A stretch of DNA of 64,000 nucleotides. Source: Crocinitomicaceae bacterium. Its GTDB lineage: Bacteria > Bacteroidota > Bacteroidia > Flavobacteriales_D > Crocinitomicaceae. Numbering within the stretch: the first letter of the stretch is position 1; each line of letters begins with the position of its first letter. A program made the translations under genes and the position numbers. The notes beneath the pieces are model-generated. The model saw only the letters and a list, made by a program, of their open reading frames with translations. It did not search any database and was not told the DNA's origin. Below, in pieces: positions 9,915-19,357 of this stretch. The stretch spans positions 15,353-79,352 of the forward strand of contig JBILBR010000010.1 of NCBI GenBank assembly GCA_044353585.1. The letters are read 5' to 3'.

Positions 9915-10463
9915 ATGAAAATTTATACAAAGACAGGTGACGATGGCACCACCGGATTATTAGGAGGTGTACGGGTGAAAAAATCAGATATGCAGATTGA
10001 AGCATATGGCACCGTAGATGAACTAAATTCATACCTTGGGTTGCTTCGAGATACATTTGAGAATAAGTCCGCACAAGATCAATTGACTACAATTCAAAAT
10101 CAATTATTTGTTATCGGATCTCACTTAGCGACGGCTGAAAAAGGAACCAAGATGACCTTACCAGAACTTGAAACCAATTCGATCGAACAATTAGAAGTTT
10201 GGATGGATGAAATGGATAATCAATTAGAGGCTTTACAGCATTTTATATTACCCGGTGGACACCCGATTAGCTCCTATGCTCAAATCGCTCGCTGTGTATG
10301 CCGCAGAGCAGAACGGAGAATTGTTGAAATGGATGAAGAAACTCACCGTTTCACTCATGAGATAAAATATATTAATCGCTTAAGTGACTATCTATTTACC
10401 CTCGCCCGATTCATTTTACAAGAATTTGGAAAAGAGGCCATTAAGTGGGAACCGAGCAGATAA
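9915..10463 (+). CDS. ATP:cob(I)alamin adenosyltransferase, PduO type
   Basis: MKIYTKTGDDGTTGLLGG is the family N-terminus. The ORF track start at 9873 overlaps ispH, so the ATG at 9915 is preferred. Confidence 0.88.
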   Translation: MKIYTKTGDDGTTGLLGGVRVKKSDMQIEAYGTVDELNSYLGLLRDTFENKSAQDQLTTIQNQLFVIGSHLATAEKGTKMTLPELETNSIEQLEVWMDEMDNQLEALQHFILPGGHPISSYAQIARCVCRRAERRIVEMDEETHRFTHEIKYINRLSDYLFTLARFILQEFGKEAIKWEPSR

Positions 10464-10506
10464 CAAGCGGTTTAAATTAAATTTTCATCAAAATATTCAT
10501 TTTCAT

Positions 10507-10536
10507 TTGGCAGGTATAAAATAAAATTTACTTTTG
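10507..10536 (+). promoter_or_regulatory. Bacteroidota-type sigma-A promoter candidate
   Basis: TTG (10507-10509), 19-nt spacer, then TACTTTTG (10529-10536), matching TTG-N19-TAnnTTTG. It lies upstream of the ORF at 10570. Confidence 0.45.
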
Positions 10537-10569
10537 CCGAAAATAACATGTAATTAAATTTATAATAAA

Positions 10570-10791
10570 ATGTATTGGACCTTAGAATTAGCCTCCTATC
10601 TTGAAGACGCCCCATGGCCAGCATCAAAAGACGAATTAATTGATTTTGCGATTCGTACCGGTGCTCCCCTTGAGGTTGTAGAAAATCTTCAATTATTAGA
10701 AGATGAAGGTGACGTTTATGAGAATATCGAAGAAATCTGGCCAGATTACCCTTCTAGAGAGGACTTTTTATTCAACGAAGACGAATATTAA
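10570..10791 (+). CDS. DUF2795 domain protein
   Basis: 73 aa. LEDAPWPASKDELIDFAIRTGAPLEVVENL is the typical DUF2795 pattern. Confidence 0.75.
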   Translation: MYWTLELASYLEDAPWPASKDELIDFAIRTGAPLEVVENLQLLEDEGDVYENIEEIWPDYPSREDFLFNEDEY

Positions 10792-10954
10792 GTTTACGTA
10801 CGAAAACCTCACCGCTACACGATTTACTTAAAGCCAGTGGTTTTAATTCAATTAAGTCACGTAAGTACATTCACCATTCTCAAATTTGAGTATTAGATTT
10901 TCCTACAGCAAATAAAAAAAAACCTATTTTTAATGGGTTAAAAACGGAGTATCC

Positions 10955-11413
10955 CTAATGCGCATACAGTGCTCCTGTAGAATTTCCATGACATGAATTA
11001 CATGCTCCGGTTGAAAGCGAATTCCCCATATAATGCGTACCGTTAGCATTCTTGATGGCAGGATAAAGTCCCGTTAAGGTCATCGCTTCGGTCGAATAAA
11101 AATTACCTTTCGCATCAATTTGAATGCTATACTTCAAGGTGCCTGCTCCATTTGCTTCAGTATAAAACTCTACTTGACCACTCGGTGCTGGAGCCGTTAA
11201 TGTTGCATTTTTAACGGAACCTGCAGCAACAAAACATCCCTCACCTTCACCTCCTGCTTGATGACATTGCATGCAGTTATTCCCAAAGTTGTGGCTTTTA
11301 CTCCCATTGCTTTGGCTCACATTATATTCATCACAGGCACCTTCCTTTTCGCAAGAGAAAAACAACAACCCAAATCCTAAGGGTAACAATATAAAAATTA
11401 CAATTCGTTTCAT
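10955..11413 (-). CDS. lipoprotein with two CxxCH motifs (putative di-haem c-type cytochrome-like protein)
   Basis: 152 aa with a lipobox-like signal (LLFFSC) and CMQCH and CNSCH motifs. The start overlaps the stop of the upstream adaptor gene by 4 nt. Confidence 0.65.
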   Translation of the reverse strand: MKRIVIFILLPLGFGLLFFSCEKEGACDEYNVSQSNGSKSHNFGNNCMQCHQAGGEGEGCFVAAGSVKNATLTAPAPSGQVEFYTEANGAGTLKYSIQIDAKGNFYSTEAMTLTGLYPAIKNANGTHYMGNSLSTGACNSCHGNSTGALYAH

Positions 11414-12540
11414 TCTTCTGATTTATTTAATAAAGATAATAATTCAAATGCACCCTTCACTACAAAGAAATCCTTTTTAACCCATCCATTCTTTAATTCA
11501 AAGGCAACTTCTCCATTCTCTTCTCCCAACACCTTTACTTGAATTAATTTGAATTGATTTCGTGAATTTTCTTGAAAAACAAAGTGATCATTCCCTATAG
11601 TAACAAAAGCCGAAGAAGGTAAGGTAAGTGTTTTTCTTGCGGAGGTATGAATTTTGGCTTGAAAATAAGAACCTGGAAGAACATTTTCTTGTTCTGATTT
11701 GAAATGACAATGTACCTTGACACTTCTATCGGCACCGATTTCACCACCAATTAAATATATTTCTGCTGCTATACCTTTAGGCGAATTCATGAAATGAATA
11801 TCAACAAATTGTCCTACTTTAAGGGATGAAATATCTTTTTCGAAAACCGTTAATTCCGCATGAGCGTGAGTTAAGTCAATAATCTCCAACAACTTATCAT
11901 TCGGAGAAACAAAAGACCCCACTCCAGTGGTGATTTTGGTTACCGCCCCAGAAAAAGGAGCACGAATTTTTTGCACCTCTGAAATATCACCTTTATTTAA
12001 TGACTTCATGTCAACCTGAGCCAATTTAAGTCGAGCCTCAATGCCTTTAAATTTTGCTCGGGCAACATTAAGCTCTGAGCGGGCTGCTTGTATGTTCTTT
12101 TGGCTTGTTGCATTTCCTGTTTCCATCTTCAATTGACGGGAATATTCACCCTCCAAGTACTCCAACTTTCCATTTAATTCCAAATATTCTTGTTGTAACA
12201 ATAGTACATCAGGATGTTGAACCTCAAAAAGCACTTCACCCTTGGAAATTCGTTTTCCTTCCAATACATTCATTCGTTTAATGTATCCCCCAAAAGGTAA
12301 GGATATAAAGGATTTATTTCCTGGAGGCACATCGATTATGCCATTCACATTTATTGTACCTGAACGTTCTTTCAGAACAGCTGAATCTAATAAAATTCCG
12401 ATGGCTGCGCGTTGATCAGCTGAGCACGAAACCACCTGAGAGTCCACTTTGTTATTATTTATTGGATCTACTTTTGGTGATCCACAGGCACAAAATAATG
12501 CGACTAACATCGCTGTACCATATCCTTTAATTATATTCAT
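11410..12540 (-). CDS. efflux RND transporter periplasmic adaptor subunit (HlyD/MFP family)
   Basis: 376 aa with a lipoprotein-like N-terminus, a coiled-coil hairpin and beta-barrel segments typical of MFPs. It lies immediately downstream of the RND pump gene. Confidence 0.88.
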   Translation of the reverse strand: MNIIKGYGTAMLVALFCACGSPKVDPINNNKVDSQVVSCSADQRAAIGILLDSAVLKERSGTINVNGIIDVPPGNKSFISLPFGGYIKRMNVLEGKRISKGEVLFEVQHPDVLLLQQEYLELNGKLEYLEGEYSRQLKMETGNATSQKNIQAARSELNVARAKFKGIEARLKLAQVDMKSLNKGDISEVQKIRAPFSGAVTKITTGVGSFVSPNDKLLEIIDLTHAHAELTVFEKDISSLKVGQFVDIHFMNSPKGIAAEIYLIGGEIGADRSVKVHCHFKSEQENVLPGSYFQAKIHTSARKTLTLPSSAFVTIGNDHFVFQENSRNQFKLIQVKVLGEENGEVAFELKNGWVKKDFFVVKGAFELLSLLNKSEE

Positions 12541-12554
12541 AAGATTCCATTTAC

Positions 12555-15500
12555 TTACTTTTGATTCAAATTCAAATACCTTATTTGAACTACTAATTGA
12601 TTTAATTGATGTTTCATATCGAGTTCCGTCAGTTGAATTTTGATAAGATTTCGCTTAAGATTAAGCCAAGTGACTTGGTCTATTTCTCCTTGTTCAACCT
12701 GAGTATTCGAAATTAATTGAACTCCTTTTGAAACCTCCTCTACTCGGCTCTGTAATTGATCATATACCGATTTATATGAATTATATTGTGAAATCAGGGA
12801 GTTAAATTGAGCAGATAATGCTGATTCCAACTTCACTAAATCATAATTAATTCGTTCGCTTTCCAACATAAGCCATTTACTGCGTTGAATCGTTGATCTT
12901 GAAAGCAGAGGAATAGACACCCCAAAGCTTCCGCCTTGAAATCGATCTGCGGAAGTAAAAGGGGCAACTCCGCCGTTCAAAGGAATATTGCCTACTAATG
13001 TTTGGTTAAAGTATCCCAATTGAATATCAGGCATGGACAACGAACGCTGTAAATCATGTTCCTGAGCAATGGTTTTCAAGGATTGATTTGAGACCTTCCA
13101 TTGTGGAGAATTTTGAGGTTTGAAGCCAAGGACTAATGAATCTAGGCCTAATAATTCATAGTTTATATTAAGAGACTCTAGTTCAGCTTCGGACAAAAAT
13201 ACGCGCTTAACTAATTCGGATTGGGCCTCTATCAACAAACGCTGATTTTCTACTACTTGTTGTTGAATCAACAAATGATCAGATGCCAATAACCATGATT
13301 CTAATCCATTGGTCTCACCACTATTCAAACGCATGGAAACCTTGGTTTCGAGAGACATCAAAGTACTATCCTCTGTTGATAAGATTGCTTGCTTTTTGCT
13401 CAAATAAAGCCATTGTTCAATAGCCTTCGCCGCCTCCTCTTCAAATTTCAGTTTGTTAAACTCATAGGATAACATCCGTTCTTTAGCACGTTCTACTCCG
13501 AGAGATTTTGCATGCTTAAATGCTGTAGGGAAAGGAATGACCTGCTGAATTGAAAAATTATTATCTCGCTTATAATTGGAATTATATTGACCGATCATTG
13601 CATTAACCTCAAGTTTATTGACTTGAACCATAGCTAATGCCTCTGGTTTTGCCTGCAATATAAAAATGGAATCAGCTTTCAATGCAGGATCCTTGGAAAC
13701 AGCATGTTTTATTAAATCACTTACGCTCGACTGAGCAAACAACTGATTACCAAAAAAGAGAAAAATTATCGGAATAATTGATTTGATATTGAACTTAATA
13801 CGAGTTTTTTCACTGAACAAAAAATAAAGAATCGGAAGAAAGAAAAGGGTCAAAAATGTTGCCGTAATTAATCCCCCAATGACTACCGTTGCCAGTGGTT
13901 TTTGCACTTCCGCACCACTCCCATGCGATAATGCCATCGGCAAAAATCCAAGTGAAGCTACAGTTGCGGTCAATAAAACTGGTCGTAATCTAGATAAGGT
14001 TCCTTTGATTACAATTCGAAGAGAATCTTGTTGACCATTTCGTTTTAGTGTATTATATTCTGTAATCAGAACGATCCCATTTAATACAGCTACACCGAAA
14101 AGTGCTATAAATCCGATACCTGCTGAAATAGAAAATGGCATATCTCGAATAAACAAGGCCCAAATTCCGCCAATTGAAGCTAACGGAATAGCTGTAAAAA
14201 TCATAAGGGCTTGTTTTAATGAATTAAATGTCATGTACAGTAGGAAAAATATTAATAATAAGGCTGCAGGTACTGCAATGAGTAAACGTGCCGAAGCCTC
14301 CTCTAAATTTTTAAAGGATCCTCCTACTGTGTAATTATATCCAGGAGAAAAAGCGATGTGTTTGTTCATTTTGAGTTTCAATTCATCAACTACACTTTTT
14401 ACATCTCTCCCTCGAACATTAAATCCCACAAGCACCCTACGTTTAGCATTATCACGTTGGATTTGATTTAAACCAGCCTTGTATGAAATCGTTGCTAATT
14501 CCGTGATTGGAATCATAGCATGAACTTTTGAATCAACAAAAATGTCATTTAAATCCATAGATTTCGAGCGATACATACTATCAAGTCTCACCACCAGTGA
14601 AAATCGTTTTTCACCTTCATAAACATAACCTGCACTACTCCCTGCAAATCCTGCATTAATTGCATCATTAACTTCTTCTACACTCACACCGTAATGGGCC
14701 AAGGCTGGACGGTTATAATTGATCATCACTTGTGGCAAGCCCTCAAGTTGTTCAACATACAAATCCTCCACACCCTTAATTTTTAAGGCTTGCTTCCCAA
14801 TCTGTTCTGCATAATTTTCTAACATGGTAAATTCTTCCCCATAAATTTTTACAACAACATCCTGTTTTGCGCCAGTCATTAATTCATTAAATCGCATTTG
14901 TATGGGTTGTTGAAAACCGAAATCAACTCCGGGCACGTTACGTTCTAAGGTTTTCTTCATTAAATCAGCTAAGGCCTCTTTTGATTCTGCATTTTTCCAT
15001 TGACTTTTATCTTTAAGAATAATCATTAAATCGCAAGCCTCCATTGGCATTGGGTCAGTCGGAATCTCCGCAGTACCAATTTTTCCTACTACCTTTTTCA
15101 CTTCAGAAAAATTTTCAATAAGTACATTGGACGCTTCTTCAGTTTTAGCAATAGTATTGGTTAAACTTGCACCAGGCAATAAGCGCATCTCAACTGCAAA
15201 ATCTCCTTCATCAAGATTTGGAATAAACTCTGCCCCCAAACGACTGAATAAAACAATAGATACAATTAGGATGGATATTATTATTGGAATCACTAGACGC
15301 TGACGACGAAAAACCGCGAAGAACATGGGCCTATAAACCCGTGTAATGTTATCCATAATTCTATCACTAATTGACTTTTTATGGGTAATGTGTTTTGACA
15401 ACACTAAGGAAGACATCATCGGCACATAGGTTAAACTTAAAATCAAAGCTCCCACAATGGCGAACATAACGGTAAGTGCCATTGGTTTGAACATTTTACC

Positions 15501-16907
15501 TTCAATCCCAACAAGCGATAAAATAGGAAGATATACCACCAAAATAATTATTTGACCGAATACCGCTGATTTACTAAATTTCGAAGCAGCACTATTTACG
15601 TTATTATTCATCTCTAATTGACTAATCTTTTTTACTTGATGCAATGAAACAACATGCAGTGTTGCCTCTACAATAATTACGGCTCCATCTACTATCAAAC
15701 CAAAATCCAGGGCTCCTAAACTCATTAAATTCCCCGAAACACCAAATAAATTCATGAGAATAACTGCAAATAACATAGCTAAAGGAATAACTGAAGCTAC
15801 CACCAAGCCAGCACGCAGATTACCCAGCAAAATCACCAATACAAAAATCACAATTAAGGCTCCTTCAATCAAATTTGAAGACACAGTATGAATTGCCCGT
15901 TGAACCAAGTCAGACCGATCTAAATACGGCGCAATTTCAACACCTTTAGGCAACATGGTCCTTATCTCTTCAATTCTTGACTTTACAGCATTTATTGTTT
16001 GATCGGAATTAGCTCCTTTTAACATCATTACAATTCCACCTACCGCCTCGCCCTGCTCATTGTAGGTTAATGCACCGTAACGAACGGCTTTTCCAAGTTG
16101 GACCTTAGCAACCTGATCTACGGTTATGGGCATTCCCTGATCATTATGACCAACAGTTATCTGTTTGATTTCATCGAGGTTATGTAACAATCCTTCTGCT
16201 CGAATATATGTTGTCATTCCTTCGCGTTCAATGTAGGCACCACCTGTATTTTGATTATTCACCTCAATCGAATTGAAAACATCCGCGATTGTTAATCCAA
16301 AAGATTTTAAAGCTTGAGGATTGATGCTAACCTCATAGGTTTTCAAGTGACCTCCAAACCCGCTAACGTCCGCAACCCCAGTTACACCGAGTAATTGCCT
16401 ACGAACCAACCAATCTTGTATTGTCCGCAAATCCGTAGGAGTATATGATGACTCAAAACCTGGCTTAATCGTTAGTGTATATTGATAGATTTCACCAAGT
16501 CCCGATGTAAGCGGAGCCATTGTCGGTTCACCCAAGGATGGAGGTATTTCATTTTTCACCTCTCCAAGCCGTTCAGCTACTTGTTGTCTTGCCCAAAAAA
16601 CATCCGTATTTTCTGAAAAAACAACGGTAACTACGCTTAATCCAAAGCGACTAAATGAACGTAATTCTTCTATTCCTGCAATTGACGCAACGGCTTGCTC
16701 CACAGGAAATGTAACTAAACGCTCAATATCCTCCGCACCGGAACTAGGCGACACAGTAATAATTTGAACTTGATTATTAGTAATATCTGGTACGGCATCA
16801 ATGGGTAATTCCCCCAATTCCTTGATACCAATAATTAGTAGAATAAATGTAAAAACGGCAACAATCAACTTATTGTTGATTGACCAAAATATCAATCGAT
16901 TTAACAT
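12555..16907 (-). CDS. CusA/CzcA-family heavy-metal RND efflux pump fused in frame to a TolC-like outer-membrane factor
   Basis: 1450 aa. The first ~1035 aa are a 12-TM RND permease. They are followed by a signal-peptide-like segment (KSIIPIIFLFFGNQLFAQ, nt about 13731-13796). The last 391 aa are an alpha-helical/beta OMF-like domain (12558-13730). Confidence 0.88.
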   Translation of the reverse strand: MLNRLIFWSINNKLIVAVFTFILLIIGIKELGELPIDAVPDITNNQVQIITVSPSSGAEDIERLVTFPVEQAVASIAGIEELRSFSRFGLSVVTVVFSENTDVFWARQQVAERLGEVKNEIPPSLGEPTMAPLTSGLGEIYQYTLTIKPGFESSYTPTDLRTIQDWLVRRQLLGVTGVADVSGFGGHLKTYEVSINPQALKSFGLTIADVFNSIEVNNQNTGGAYIEREGMTTYIRAEGLLHNLDEIKQITVGHNDQGMPITVDQVAKVQLGKAVRYGALTYNEQGEAVGGIVMMLKGANSDQTINAVKSRIEEIRTMLPKGVEIAPYLDRSDLVQRAIHTVSSNLIEGALIVIFVLVILLGNLRAGLVVASVIPLAMLFAVILMNLFGVSGNLMSLGALDFGLIVDGAVIIVEATLHVVSLHQVKKISQLEMNNNVNSAASKFSKSAVFGQIIILVVYLPILSLVGIEGKMFKPMALTVMFAIVGALILSLTYVPMMSSLVLSKHITHKKSISDRIMDNITRVYRPMFFAVFRRQRLVIPIIISILIVSIVLFSRLGAEFIPNLDEGDFAVEMRLLPGASLTNTIAKTEEASNVLIENFSEVKKVVGKIGTAEIPTDPMPMEACDLMIILKDKSQWKNAESKEALADLMKKTLERNVPGVDFGFQQPIQMRFNELMTGAKQDVVVKIYGEEFTMLENYAEQIGKQALKIKGVEDLYVEQLEGLPQVMINYNRPALAHYGVSVEEVNDAINAGFAGSSAGYVYEGEKRFSLVVRLDSMYRSKSMDLNDIFVDSKVHAMIPITELATISYKAGLNQIQRDNAKRRVLVGFNVRGRDVKSVVDELKLKMNKHIAFSPGYNYTVGGSFKNLEEASARLLIAVPAALLLIFFLLYMTFNSLKQALMIFTAIPLASIGGIWALFIRDMPFSISAGIGFIALFGVAVLNGIVLITEYNTLKRNGQQDSLRIVIKGTLSRLRPVLLTATVASLGFLPMALSHGSGAEVQKPLATVVIGGLITATFLTLFFLPILYFLFSEKTRIKFNIKSIIPIIFLFFGNQLFAQSSVSDLIKHAVSKDPALKADSIFILQAKPEALAMVQVNKLEVNAMIGQYNSNYKRDNNFSIQQVIPFPTAFKHAKSLGVERAKERMLSYEFNKLKFEEEAAKAIEQWLYLSKKQAILSTEDSTLMSLETKVSMRLNSGETNGLESWLLASDHLLIQQQVVENQRLLIEAQSELVKRVFLSEAELESLNINYELLGLDSLVLGFKPQNSPQWKVSNQSLKTIAQEHDLQRSLSMPDIQLGYFNQTLVGNIPLNGGVAPFTSADRFQGGSFGVSIPLLSRSTIQRSKWLMLESERINYDLVKLESALSAQFNSLISQYNSYKSVYDQLQSRVEEVSKGVQLISNTQVEQGEIDQVTWLNLKRNLIKIQLTELDMKHQLNQLVVQIRYLNLNQK

Positions 16908-16942
16908 GAAAAAAAAATTAAGTTAGACTTCTATGTAAAAGC

Positions 16943-17329
16943 TCAACTCAATTTTGGGGGATGGAAGATCGTAGAAAAATCCTGCAATCGATACGAATTA
17001 ATGTAACTAAAACAATCTGATGAAGCTGATTTTCCAATAGAATTATTTAAAACGGGTAAGGCTTCCGAATGAGGAAGGAAAATCAAAACCGATACACCGT
17101 ATCCATTGATGGATTTAAATGGTAAGGTTTCGTGCTTTTCGTCATTCGGCAAAGAGGAATCAGCATAATGCTCTATCAGAAATGATATAAAATCTCCATG
17201 GGATTGTTTTGAATCCGAATTATAATGTTCTATCAATGCGGAGAAATTAAGCAATTGCGCACCCTGGAAATTTGGTGCGACTGAGAGCATTGTAAAATAT
17301 GCGGTAAACAAAACAATACAATAACGCAT
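16943..17329 (-). CDS. small hypothetical protein heading the efflux operon
   Basis: 128-aa ORF with an N-terminal hydrophobic segment, 35 nt upstream of the RND gene on the same strand. Confidence 0.5.
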   Translation of the reverse strand: MRYCIVLFTAYFTMLSVAPNFQGAQLLNFSALIEHYNSDSKQSHGDFISFLIEHYADSSLPNDEKHETLPFKSINGYGVSVLIFLPHSEALPVLNNSIGKSASSDCFSYINSYRLQDFSTIFHPPKLS

Positions 17330-17398
17330 GACGTAAAGTTAGTAATTATTACCCATTAGTCGTTCGTGATTTCATATCTTAGTGCAAATTTACCGCGT

Positions 17399-19351
17399 AT
17401 GAGACTGCTTATTCTCCCCCTACTTTTCGTTACCTTGGTTGGCTATTCCCAGAAAGAAAATTCAACCCAATGCGGTAAACGCGATCGATTTAACAATCAC
17501 ACGCTGAAAAGCAATAGCCTCAGTGTTTCTCAAATTGCGCTAACGGAACGCTATGATGTATCTTACTATAAACTTGATTTAAACATGACCAATACCACAA
17601 CGGCACTTTCAGGTTATGCGGAAATGAAGGCTACGGCATTAGTTCCCATGGACACCATTCTCTATGAATTATTCTCAACACTCACCATTTCTTCGGTTAG
17701 TCTAAATGGGGTGAATGTTCCTTTTGTGCGATCTAATTCTGCCGTAAAGATTGGCGTTAATTACCCGGCGGGGACTGTCTTTACTGTTCGAACAAATTAC
17801 AGCGGTACCCCACCAACAGCACAAACGAATCCCTTGGGCGGAAGCGGAATATCTAATGCTACTTCACCTTCATGGGGAAATGAAGTGGTATGGTCTCTAT
17901 CTGAACCTTTTTGCGCCTATGAATGGTGGCCTTGTAAACAAAGTTTAACCGATAAAGCGGATTCTTGCGACGTGAATATCACGGTACCAAACGCTTGTAA
18001 AGCGGGATCAAATGGAAAACTAATGCAAGTTGTTAATTTAGGCAACGGTACTAGCCGTTATGAATGGAAGCATCGGTATTCAATCGATTACTATTTAATT
18101 TCGGTAGCCATAGCAGAATACGTAGAATATAATATCTATGCGAATCCTGTAGGTGCACCGGCCCCAATTCTAATTCAAAACTATATCTATAACAATCCTC
18201 AAACCCTTCCTAATTTTCAGGCTGACATTGATGAAACTGCTGATTTTATGGAATTATTCTATGAATTGTACGGACCATATCCGTTTGAAAATGAAAAATA
18301 CGGCCATTGTATGGCTCCGTTTTCCGGAGGAATGGAACATCAAACCATGACTACCCAAGGGTTTTTCAATCCGGCCCTTACCGCGCACGAACTAGGCCAT
18401 CAATGGTGGGGAGATTACGTAACCTGCGCTTCATGGTGCGACATTTGGGTAAACGAAGGCTTTGCCTCGTATAGCGAACAATTGATGTTGGAAAATCTAT
18501 ACCCCGGACAAGAAGTACAAAACATGGCTGACGTACATACCAACGTGATGTCTCAAGCTGGAGGAAGTGTCTGGGTACTGGATAGTTTAAATGAGAATAG
18601 AATATTTAGCGGAAGATTAACATACGATAAAGGGGCAGCCATTGTTCATAGCATGCGCTACATCATGAACAACGATAGCTTGTTTTTTGAAACACTTCAA
18701 AACTTTTTAATGAGTAAAGCCTATTCAACAGCCTTCGGAATTGATGTGCGAGATGCCTTTGCACAAGCCTCAGGTATTGACTATACCCCATTCTTTGATG
18801 AATGGTATTTCGGAGAAGGTTTCCCAACGTATTCCGTGGAATGGAAACAAGTTGGGGCTGATGCGCTTGTTAAGATTTCTCATACAAGCTCAATGCCTAA
18901 TGTTACCCCTACCTTTACCAATCCGATTGATTTGAAGCTAACCCGTCCTGGAAACTCAGACACCACCATTCGTTTTGATATTACTTCAAACGCAAATACC
19001 TTTCAAATTACAGGAATTGGCACAATCAACAATTCCATTGTAATTGACCCGAGCAATTGGATCGTGAATCAAAATGGAACCATCGTAATGAATGAACTAC
19101 TTGATCTTACTTCATTGACTACTGAACCAGGAATTACCCTCTACCCTAATCCAAGCTCAGATGAAATTCGGATACAGCAATTAGTTAGTACGGCAACATA
19201 CATCATTTATGACATGTTCGGAAAAATCCAACAAAAGGGAATTGTAGCTAACAATCAAGCCATTTCGCTTAAATCACTCATGGATGGAACATATTTAATG
19301 CTCATCGAAACAGACGGTAAACAACTGAAAAAATCGCTTGTCAAACGGTAA
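17399..19351 (+). CDS. M1-family zinc aminopeptidase with T9SS C-terminal sorting domain
   Basis: HELGHQWWG plus WVNEGFASY (HExxH-E18-E gluzincin). The C-terminus ITLYPNPSSDEIRI...DGTYLMLIE resembles a Por/T9SS CTD. The ATG at 17399 (MRLLILPLLF) is preferred over the GTG at 17366. Confidence 0.88.
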   Translation: MRLLILPLLFVTLVGYSQKENSTQCGKRDRFNNHTLKSNSLSVSQIALTERYDVSYYKLDLNMTNTTTALSGYAEMKATALVPMDTILYELFSTLTISSVSLNGVNVPFVRSNSAVKIGVNYPAGTVFTVRTNYSGTPPTAQTNPLGGSGISNATSPSWGNEVVWSLSEPFCAYEWWPCKQSLTDKADSCDVNITVPNACKAGSNGKLMQVVNLGNGTSRYEWKHRYSIDYYLISVAIAEYVEYNIYANPVGAPAPILIQNYIYNNPQTLPNFQADIDETADFMELFYELYGPYPFENEKYGHCMAPFSGGMEHQTMTTQGFFNPALTAHELGHQWWGDYVTCASWCDIWVNEGFASYSEQLMLENLYPGQEVQNMADVHTNVMSQAGGSVWVLDSLNENRIFSGRLTYDKGAAIVHSMRYIMNNDSLFFETLQNFLMSKAYSTAFGIDVRDAFAQASGIDYTPFFDEWYFGEGFPTYSVEWKQVGADALVKISHTSSMPNVTPTFTNPIDLKLTRPGNSDTTIRFDITSNANTFQITGIGTINNSIVIDPSNWIVNQNGTIVMNELLDLTSLTTEPGITLYPNPSSDEIRIQQLVSTATYIIYDMFGKIQQKGIVANNQAISLKSLMDGTYLMLIETDGKQLKKSLVKR

Positions 19352-19357
19352 GAGATT

